DNA from: Gemmatimonadaceae bacterium
GTDB lineage: Bacteria; Gemmatimonadota; Gemmatimonadetes; Gemmatimonadales; Gemmatimonadaceae
Reading direction: 5' to 3'
Assembly (NCBI GenBank): GCA_044224875.1
Contig: JBGAJQ010000047.1
Span: 1 to 40,308, forward strand
Length of the DNA stretch: 40,308 nucleotides
Positions 19,201-25,704 of the stretch are shown in pieces (within the stretch, counting starts at the first letter, position 1; each line of letters opens with the position of its first letter). The notes under the pieces were generated by a model. It was not told the origin of the DNA, ran no database searches, and saw only the letters and a program-made list of their open reading frames with translations. A program made the translations under genes and the position numbers.

Positions 19201-20274
19201 CACCCAGGACACCACCTGGCGCAGCTCGGCGAGCGCCGATGCGTCGGCGCCGAGGAGCCCGGGCGCAGCGCGCAAGCCGTCCAGGAGTTCGCGAGCCATC
19301 GCCAACGGCGCCGCCGCAAGATCCTCGCGCGCCTTCGCTCGCAGCACAACGCATGGTTCACGTCGCGCCGCCAGCTCGGCCAGGAACTCCTCACAGAGAC
19401 GCGTCTTGCCGATTCCTTGCTCGCCCTCCACCAGGACCATCGCACAGCCGCCGTCCTTCGCCTCCTTCCAGGCCGCGGTCAACTCTCCAAACACCTCCTC
19501 CCGACCGATTAGGTCAGGCGTGAAGAGCGCGACGGACGGCACGGCGGCCGTCGCGCGGTCGGCCTCCGCCGAAAGCTGCCGAGAAAGCCGTGACAGGATG
19601 GGTGACGGTTCCGCCTCCAGCTCCCCCTTGAAGCGGGCGATGAAGGCGGCGTGCCGCGCGTCCGCTTCGGAGGTCCGACCAGCCGCTCGGAGGACCTGAA
19701 CCAGACGCTGGTGCGCGTCCTCATCGAGAGGAAAGAGCTCTGCCCGCCGGGTCGCCCAACGGAGCGTGCTGGCGCGGTCGTTCCTCCCTTCTGCAACGCT
19801 CGTTAGGTCCGCCAGGGCGCGGGTAGCGCGACGTCGCAGACGTTGACGCTCCGCCTCCAGCCAAATGCGGAATGGCTCAGTTCCCAGATCGTCGAAACCT
19901 TCGAGGAAATCACCTTCCCAGCGGGCGACGCCTTGCTCGAGCCGCCCATGTGTGAGGTCTTCCTCAAAAAGAGCGACATCCAAGGTGATTGCGCCCGCCG
20001 GCAGGCTAACGCGATCTGGCCCAACTTCCAGCGAGGGGCCGATCGCCCGACGCAGTTCCAGTAGGGCCTGCCGAAGCGATTGACGCGCCTTCGATCCTTC
20101 CCGTTCGCCCCAGAATAGCGCGGCGAGTTCCTCGCGTCGTACCGCCTTCGGAGCCTGGCAAGCCACGTAAGCGAGAAGTGCGAGCTCCTTTCGGCGCGGC
20201 ACGACGGGGCCATCCACCAGACGTGCCTCACCCAAGGCGTACAGTGTGGGAACGGGCGTAAGCGGAATCGTCAT
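16222..20274 (-). CDS. Large transcriptional regulator: SARP-like wHTH/BTAD + STAND AAA ATPase + TM helix + extracytoplasmic TolB-N/TPR-like domain
   Basis: RKELALLAY, REELAALFW, ARQSLRQAL..LR, WLEAER..L, PLDEDAHQRL; Walker A GEQGIGKT; Walker B VFLDD; TGGNPYY; F.HDL.R; TM WLVAAVGVVAAIVALIPAL (about 18226-18282); LLVLPF; A..AYL.A helical repeats. Confidence 0.88.
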   Translation of the reverse strand: MTIPLTPVPTLYALGEARLVDGPVVPRRKELALLAYVACQAPKAVRREELAALFWGEREGSKARQSLRQALLELRRAIGPSLEVGPDRVSLPAGAITLDVALFEEDLTHGRLEQGVARWEGDFLEGFDDLGTEPFRIWLEAERQRLRRRATRALADLTSVAEGRNDRASTLRWATRRAELFPLDEDAHQRLVQVLRAAGRTSEADARHAAFIARFKGELEAEPSPILSRLSRQLSAEADRATAAVPSVALFTPDLIGREEVFGELTAAWKEAKDGGCAMVLVEGEQGIGKTRLCEEFLAELAARREPCVVLRAKAREDLAAAPLAMARELLDGLRAAPGLLGADASALAELRQVVSWVDDVFPSLPRAPTTPSALAAALGQIVAAVGEELPVLVFLDDAPDADAATLDLLVDLVKHAPSHVLLLLTAASGTPAFASLSRTASTLRSVRRLKLQPLTDRHVDAMLASMLVMPEKDRWALAARLHHETGGNPYYVTELTSALVDDGWLAPNERGEWRASATTDISELPVPPGVREALLVRLTRVDPDSRKLLDAASVFRTPVDADLLADLTGMSPGVLAAGLDELITRRMLRHAPTHPGAFEFAHDLLRRTVVGALDDPTLNHLHRRAADALGRRAATDPNAGLAAEYHRRLTWQPVRSAWSSRRRWLVAAVGVVAAIVALIPALRPRRTPDAVGLLVLPFRATVAEAASWSEALPDLLATTIEGTPGLRVVDPWSGWRDLRERPSDRARNPEVQEAEALARKTGANWYVIGSLMAERGRLNVAARLYRVGSADPQLSLTREASTDSVLSLSQELAVALIAQMASVTRNAVGPVEANATTSATALKAYLSAKEAMRRGMFDSADVAIDRAVALDSNFGLALTEAGMVKTMSASIRGQGFFLNDVARRAVERTRALGEPHRLRAEGLLASVSTQGQRAENAQLRLIQIDSSNLAAWSSLAYVRWAYGWQYGATLRDAIEASERAVRLDSTYVSALYTRAWLAVAAAEPRDLRQQRQRLARTDTTVLAVQAVMMAIDATLATDAELPSIIDRATSAPPAAAISVVRTLTRTRPVFAETLLVRLRHRWQGDPIAMAPNSGLVRLMLTEGRGSVADSIRRVVADQLGARNDLSLERLMLAARIAGSAAEGDARDARRVLEAFMPIDSALALQGRRDVYWYGWQLAAYHATHGDTSLALRWATILGRLNRGRASFDFPAALESDVRARLAVRRNDRSEALVQAKRAYDLWPVHTENISEATPEPAMRFHLASLYRASGQRDSAEAIFRSLVPPTAWFSFYSGLSALELAELLEERRSVEAATYYRFVLQYWERGGEEVRTLRERASAGVKRVEQGGE

Positions 20275-20280
20275 TGGGAC

Positions 20281-20309
20281 TTGACGCGCGTATTGACGGG
20301 TCGTTGCGC
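20281..20309 (+). promoter_or_regulatory. Tandem TTGACG direct repeats in the divergent promoter, candidate site for the BTAD regulator
   Basis: TTGACG at 20281 and 20293, degenerate TTGCGC at 20304 (11-12 nt period); TAGAGT -10-like element at 20319-20324. Confidence 0.4.
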
Positions 20310-20547
20310 GTGCGGCGCTAGAGTCATCGGCGTTCGCGAAGGGGCGGTGCCGAACCTGGTCGAAGGATGCCGTTGCAAGAAGCGCATCACGGAAATGACC
20401 TGGGACCAGCAGTCCGGCCCGCTACTCTCGACGCCGAACATGTCGCGGCTGACCAGCTGCGACAAGAGGCGTGCAATGACGGCGTTCAGCGCGGGAGCTC
20501 GTCATCTCGAACCGGAGCCGCGACAGAACTCAAACAGGGGACCACGT

Positions 20548-21768
20548 ATGCGACTTGAAACGAGGATGGCGGTGGTAGCTGGAGTAGCGGTGCTGGCGGC
20601 CTGCAGCGACGCTCCCAATCCCACCGAACCACAGGGGCGGCCGGTCGAATCAGCGGCCGCGGTGCAGGAGGGCAACGAAGTTGGGCCGAATGACTACATC
20701 GTCGTCCTGCGAGACGACGAACCCGATGTCGCGGCGACGTCTGCTCGCCTGGCGCGCGCGACGAGACTGCGCGTGAAGACCACGTGGAACGACGCGCTGA
20801 AGGGGTTTCTTGCCGAGGTTCCTCCGGGGGCGCTGAGCGCGCTCCAAGGAGATCGATCGGTAGCGTACGTGGCGCACGATGCGATGGCCTATCCTGATGT
20901 CGTGCAGCCCGTGGGAGGGATTTGGGGTCTCGATCGAATCAACCAGCGCCCACTGCCGCTCGACGGCACCTACAGCTACACGAGCACGGGCGCCGGAATC
21001 CACGTGTACATCATTGATAGCGGCATCAACGCCGGCCACGTCCAGTTTGCCGGCCGCATCGGCGCGGGGATCTCGTTCATCCCGGGCGTCCCTTCCACCG
21101 CGGATTGCAATGGGCACGGGACGCACGTAGCGGGGACGATCGGTGGTTCGACGCATGGTGTGGCGAAAGGCGTGATCCTGCACGCCGTCCGCGTCTTCAA
21201 CTGCACCGGCGGGGCACCATTCTCACGCATCATCAACGCCGTGAACTGGGTGCAAGGGAACGACATCGCGCCAGCCGTGACGAACATGAGCTTGGGCGGA
21301 GGTCTTAATGCTCCCGTCAACGCCGCCGTAAACAACCTCGTCGCGTCCGGCAATGTCGTCGTCGTCGCCGCTGGCAACGGCAACGCGGACGCGTGCGGGG
21401 CCAGTCCCGCGTCTGCGGTGAACGCGATGACGGTTGGTTCGACCGGTGAGGGCGGGTTCATACCACCGGCGGCCCCGGACATGCGCTCCGGCTTCTCGAA
21501 CTGGGGCGCCTGCCTCGATCTCTTCGCGCCTGGCAGGAACATCACCAGCACATGGTTTACCTCGCCGATTGCCACGAACACGATTTCAGGCACGTCGATG
21601 GCGAGCCCACACGTCGCGGGGGTCGCGGCACGTCGCCGACAGACGCAACCCTTGTGGACGGCCTTCCAGATTCGAAACAATCTCGTGGCCAATGCGACCG
21701 CTGGGATCGTGATCAATCCGGGCGTTGGTTCACCAAATCGGCTGCTGTACAGCGGCTTCTTCCCGTGA
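20548..21768 (+). CDS. S8 subtilisin-like serine protease (aqualysin/proteinase K-like) with I9-type propeptide, lipoprotein
   Basis: Lipobox VLAA-C; YIVVL propeptide; WGLDRI; catalytic IIDSG, GHGTHVAG, SGTSMASPHVAG; start moved to ATG 20548. Confidence 0.93.
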   Translation: MRLETRMAVVAGVAVLAACSDAPNPTEPQGRPVESAAAVQEGNEVGPNDYIVVLRDDEPDVAATSARLARATRLRVKTTWNDALKGFLAEVPPGALSALQGDRSVAYVAHDAMAYPDVVQPVGGIWGLDRINQRPLPLDGTYSYTSTGAGIHVYIIDSGINAGHVQFAGRIGAGISFIPGVPSTADCNGHGTHVAGTIGGSTHGVAKGVILHAVRVFNCTGGAPFSRIINAVNWVQGNDIAPAVTNMSLGGGLNAPVNAAVNNLVASGNVVVVAAGNGNADACGASPASAVNAMTVGSTGEGGFIPPAAPDMRSGFSNWGACLDLFAPGRNITSTWFTSPIATNTISGTSMASPHVAGVAARRRQTQPLWTAFQIRNNLVANATAGIVINPGVGSPNRLLYSGFFP

Positions 21769-21889
21769 TCGATTGGCCGCGCCGCCTGACTCGTTAGGGT
21801 CAGCGGACTTGTGACACCGTCGAGAGATGGCGGCGAGTACGTGGCGACGATTGCGCTACTCGCCGCCGCTCCTTCCCTGGAGACCGACC

Positions 21890-22093
21890 ATGGACCGTGC
21901 GGGAACCGGCGACCACGAGGCCGTGCGAGCCTACGAGTACTTTATGCTGCGCGTGGCTCGAGGCACGACCGCGAGACTACAGGGTACCGTGGAGCGGCTC
22001 GCGACGCGGGAGAAGTGGGAGTTCGGAACCCAGGACGAATTGTTGGAGCTGCTAGGTGGTAATGGGGGCGAGGGAGACGATGGTCTTCGTTGA
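21890..22093 (+). CDS. Small hypothetical protein (67 aa)
   Basis: GGAGA RBS; YFMLRV...LQGTVERLATREKWEF...DELLELL looks like a compact beta-beta-beta-alpha fold; co-oriented behind the protease. Confidence 0.65.
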   Translation: MDRAGTGDHEAVRAYEYFMLRVARGTTARLQGTVERLATREKWEFGTQDELLELLGGNGGEGDDGLR

Positions 22094-22115
22094 GCGGCGG
22101 CATGGAAGGAACCCG

Positions 22116-22466
22116 TCACTCGCGGAGGATCTTCTCCATCGGCCGCCCCTTGGCCAGCTCATCGACCAGCTTGTCCAGGTAGCGGATCTTTCGCATGAGT
22201 GGGTGCTCAATCTCCTCAATTCTCACGCCGCAGATTACGCCAGTGATCTTGCTGGCATTGGGGTGAAACGCCGGGGCCTCATCGAAGAAGGTCTGGAAGT
22301 CCTTCCCTTCCTTGATCTGCGTGGCCAGCGCCTTTGGCGTGTAGCCCGTGAGCCAGCAGATGACCGCATCGACATCTTTCTTCGTGCGCCCCTTCTTCTC
22401 CGCTTTCTGGACATAGTGCGGATATACGCCAGCAAACTTCATCTTGAAGACTCGATGGGTTTCCAA
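22116..22466 (-). CDS. DUF2200 family protein
   Basis: [67 protein letters not shown] start at 22466. Confidence 0.92.
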   Translation of the reverse strand: METHRVFKMKFAGVYPHYVQKAEKKGRTKKDVDAVICWLTGYTPKALATQIKEGKDFQTFFDEAPAFHPNASKITGVICGVRIEEIEHPLMRKIRYLDKLVDELAKGRPMEKILRE

Positions 22467-22667
22467 GGTCTCACCCCCACGCTCGACAGGTGGCCCAACA
22501 AATCGCCGGGTGTCTGCAAAGTAGCACTGGGGGTATCGCCGTGGAGGTCGCCGCGAGTTGCCAGCAACGCGTGGCTTGCGCTCTTTTCGTCCGGTGGTCC
22601 AGCAGTCCACCTCACGCACGCCAGGGTCCACCGGCGCTTTAAGTATTCGCGGACTAGCCGAGCGAGT

Positions 22668-23972
22668 TTATCCCCCGCTCTGTCTTCCGGGCGCGCGTGC
22701 CAACGCCTGTTGACCGACCGAACGCCCTAACTCGCGCCCTACGGTGCACGAGGTCCGCCAATGCACGCCGCCCCACACGCGTGCGTTCACCACCTCATCC
22801 GATATCTCGCGGAAGTTCGCATACCGATGCGTCGCCCCTCCGGCCGAAGGACTCGTTATGGTCAGCTCACCCGGTGCGTCGCCAAACAACTCGGTGAGCA
22901 CGCGTTCGGCCGCGCCACCGTAGGTCGTATGACCTGCCGGATAGTCCGGGAAGGGCGGCGTCGTGATCAGTGACGTCCATGCGGTGTCAGTCACGGTGGT
23001 CGCGTTGCCGTCGTCAGCCAGCGACCGAATCGCGGTGACTGGCCGCCACTGGCCATAGAAGTACTTGGCCTCCCATGCGGCAATCATGGCGTCGGCCCCC
23101 GCCAGGTTGAGCAACAAATACGCCCGCGCCGCCTCTGCAGCGGTGGCCGAATGCGCGATCGTGGCTTCGCGCGCGACCTGGTTCCACAACTGAGCGGCGG
23201 TCGTGATCCAGAAGCGCGCTGTTTCGCTCTGCAAGGCGCTTCGCGTCGTGCTGCCTGAAGAACCTAACGACGAAATCTCCACGTAGTCGCGCGTGTAGGC
23301 TGCACCGCCCAGCATTGGCGGCCCTGTCGGCCTCAACTGAGACGGGGATGTCAGGAAGAACGGACTCACGTGGCCCCAGCCAGGTTCCAGTGCGCCGGCA
23401 AAACCCGGCGGTGTCGGCGTCCACTTCCCCATGCCCGCACCCGCCGTGTACGACACTTGCTCTGCGGAGTGATCGCCCTCGCGCTGCGCGAGAATCGCGG
23501 CCGCAACACTGCGCCCTACCGCGACCCCGGCCACGACCGCCTCATTCGCGGGAAGGAGGGCGAGCGAGGAATCACGCACGCGGTCGAGAGCTGCCGCTTG
23601 TGCGGGATACAGGGCCACCAGCACCCGATGTGTCGCTCCAGCGATCGCCCCTTCTATAGAAGCCGTCTTCGGCGCGACGACTCGTGAAGCATAGGGCGCC
23701 CAGTCCTGGGTGATTGATGTGACGGCATCGTAGACAGCGGCGGACACCATCGCCAACGCGCGCGTCTCGCGCGGCGGGCTGAAGGGGCCAGCGGCCGTTG
23801 TCTTGAGTGCCATCGCGTTCCACGATGCCAACGCCTGCAACGCCGCAACACGGGTGGTACTCGCTGCGGTGTCGGGTCGTGGCTGAATCGTCGTGGCGTT
23901 CTCGGTTCCGCACGCGATCAATGTCGCGACCAGTGCAACGCTCAACATGATACGTCCTCGCTGTCTGCCCAT
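22668..23972 (-). CDS. Vanadium-dependent haloperoxidase / PAP2 superfamily lipoprotein
   Basis: Lipobox-like LIA-C; active-site motifs AKYFYGQWRP, TPPFPDYPAGH, ARVWGGVHW; GGAGG RBS before ATG 23972. Confidence 0.88.
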   Translation of the reverse strand: MGRQRGRIMLSVALVATLIACGTENATTIQPRPDTAASTTRVAALQALASWNAMALKTTAAGPFSPPRETRALAMVSAAVYDAVTSITQDWAPYASRVVAPKTASIEGAIAGATHRVLVALYPAQAAALDRVRDSSLALLPANEAVVAGVAVGRSVAAAILAQREGDHSAEQVSYTAGAGMGKWTPTPPGFAGALEPGWGHVSPFFLTSPSQLRPTGPPMLGGAAYTRDYVEISSLGSSGSTTRSALQSETARFWITTAAQLWNQVAREATIAHSATAAEAARAYLLLNLAGADAMIAAWEAKYFYGQWRPVTAIRSLADDGNATTVTDTAWTSLITTPPFPDYPAGHTTYGGAAERVLTELFGDAPGELTITSPSAGGATHRYANFREISDEVVNARVWGGVHWRTSCTVGRELGRSVGQQALARAPGRQSGG

Positions 23973-24039
23973 GTGACCTCCCTGAATCGTCTGCACCAAC
24001 CAACGGCGTCAGATTATTCAGTGCAGCCCCTGTCAGAAC

Positions 24040-24056
24040 AGCCCAAAAAATGAACC
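24040..24056. promoter_or_regulatory. Degenerate copy of the HxlR-type operator upstream of the haloperoxidase gene
   Basis: agccca-aaaaa-tgaacc, same 6-5-6 geometry as the perfect site at 24786-24804. Confidence 0.45.
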
Positions 24057-24063
24057 GTGGTGC

Positions 24064-24753
24064 CTAACGTGAGGGAGCTGTTGAGGACGCCAACGTGGCA
24101 AAGCGTGTCACCCCCAGCCAGCCGAACAGGGCGCGGCGGAGCGACGCCGCCCCACTCAGCTCGACTTGCCCGCTCTTGATCGCCTGTGGGAGCGTGATGT
24201 GACCCAGACACACCCGCGCCATCGCCTCCACTTCAGCGTCTACCGTCAGGTCCACCTCGTGGCCAGGATCGAAGAGGCACAGGTCGACGGCCGGCCGCTC
24301 CAGCACCAACCAGAATTCACGCTGGCGATAACGCTTGAAGCGGAAGAGTACCACCACACGTCGGTCAGGAAGCGCTTGGACGCGCACCATGCGTCGCAGT
24401 GCCCACATCAGGAAATCAGGATCGACGTGCTCGTCGCCGATGTCCTTCGCCGCCCACTTGTATCCCCAACTGCCGAGGGCGTCGACCACGGAACCGAGCT
24501 CGCGCCCAGCTTCCGTGAGACTGTACTCGTAGCCTCGGCCACTTGGTGATGCCGCTCGACTGATGATGCCCGTGCGATGGAGGTACTCGAGTCGCTGCAC
24601 GAGCAGATTGCGGGACATACGAGGCACACCACGCTGGATGTCGCTGAAACGGCGGCCGCCCGAGAGAAGCTCGCGCAGGATCAACGGTGTCCATCGCTCC
24701 GCGAAGATCTCGGCGCCGAGTGCGACAGGGCAAAACTGGCCATAGTTGGACAT
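24064..24753 (-). CDS. HxlR-family winged-HTH regulator with C-terminal SCP2-like domain
   Basis: YGQFCPVA..AEI..ERWTPLILREL, RF.DIQRGVP.MSR.LL..RL, Y.LT.AG.EL; C-terminal WLV....VDLC..DPG.EVDL. Confidence 0.9.
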   Translation of the reverse strand: MSNYGQFCPVALGAEIFAERWTPLILRELLSGGRRFSDIQRGVPRMSRNLLVQRLEYLHRTGIISRAASPSGRGYEYSLTEAGRELGSVVDALGSWGYKWAAKDIGDEHVDPDFLMWALRRMVRVQALPDRRVVVLFRFKRYRQREFWLVLERPAVDLCLFDPGHEVDLTVDAEVEAMARVCLGHITLPQAIKSGQVELSGAASLRRALFGWLGVTRFATLASSTAPSR

Positions 24754-24785
24754 GCACGACGGTGTATCCGGGCGGCCGGCCGCAC

Positions 24786-24804
24786 AAGTTCACATTTTGA
24801 ACTT
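24786..24804. promoter_or_regulatory. Perfect palindromic operator upstream of the HxlR-family gene (probable autoregulatory site)
   Basis: aagttca-cattt-tgaactt, 33-51 nt upstream of ATG 24753. Confidence 0.65.
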
Positions 24805-24872
24805 CACCCGAAACTATCAACGGCTCGACTAGCCGGCCGGCGCAGCGAACTGCACGGCACTAACGAGCTCGC

Positions 24873-25616
24873 CTAGTGCGGGCACGATTCCTTGGGCGTC
24901 CACTCGTTGGTGGGAATCGTCCACGGCTGTTGCGCATCATGAAGGACCAGCCCCAGCGTGCGGCGAACGGATGAGCCCATGCCGCCCAACAGCATTGGCG
25001 GACCCTCTTGCACCACGTAACTCTCCCCGGCCCGCACCACCTTGAAGCCTTCCGGCGTTTCAAGACACTGGGCGCCCTCCAGCACAAACCATCCTTCTGG
25101 GCCCGGGTGCTTGTGGACGGGCGTGCGTGCCGCGGCAGGGACAACTCCCTCAAGGTAGTGTGCCGTGTAGACGCGACCGCGAGTCACCGGAAACGGCCCG
25201 ACCACGGCAACGCGGTCGCCGCCCGCCGCGGGCCACCCCGCCTCGGCGATCGTGAACAGCCACGTACGGCCGTGCGCTGTAGCCACGGTACTCCCTTGCC
25301 GACGCGCCGCATCCGCTGCCGCTCGGTCCGGAAACGCATCGATGTACCAGTACAACTGGCTGGCCGTGGCCGGGCCGATCGGCGCGACGGCCGCCAGGTA
25401 GCAGCCAATCGCGTCCGGAGGACCAGGTCTCGGTTCGTTGCAGCCGCCAGGCACTGGCACCGTGGTGCTGGCGGCATGCGGGGCATCGGCGCGTGTCGCG
25501 GATGGCATCGCTTGATCCACGCGGGCAGGCGCGTGTGCAGACGCGCACGCGCCGCTGAGCGCGACGACGGTCAGCGCAGTGACAGCGATGGCCCTGCGGC
25601 GAGCGGAAGTTCGCAT
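24873..25616 (-). CDS. Cupin-domain lipoprotein
   Basis: Lipobox-like LSGA-C; cupin motif TPVHKHPGPEGWFVLEGAQCLETPEG; start moved to ATG 25616. Confidence 0.78.
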   Translation of the reverse strand: MRTSARRRAIAVTALTVVALSGACASAHAPARVDQAMPSATRADAPHAASTTVPVPGGCNEPRPGPPDAIGCYLAAVAPIGPATASQLYWYIDAFPDRAAADAARRQGSTVATAHGRTWLFTIAEAGWPAAGGDRVAVVGPFPVTRGRVYTAHYLEGVVPAAARTPVHKHPGPEGWFVLEGAQCLETPEGFKVVRAGESYVVQEGPPMLLGGMGSSVRRTLGLVLHDAQQPWTIPTNEWTPKESCPH

Positions 25617-25704
25617 GACCTTTTCCCGTGGAATACACGGCAGAGTGTAGGCCGCGCCGCAACGTCGCGCCAGCCGGCGACCGCTCCGAAGCCGTCGCGC
25701 CTCG

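Noticed and set aside
18334..19512. Long antisense or alternate-frame ORFs (also 683-1498, 5889-6662, 6303-7214, 15714-16625, 35323-36201, 37508-38512, 38357-39523)
   Set aside because: They shadow well-supported genes, are Arg/Ala/Pro-rich without motifs, and are expected in high-GC DNA
20281..20547. N-terminal extensions given by the ORF track (S8 protease from 20281; likewise 4627, 7309, 22631, 25874, 29798)
   Set aside because: Downstream starts have RBS or signal peptides and family-typical N-termini; the extensions look non-coding
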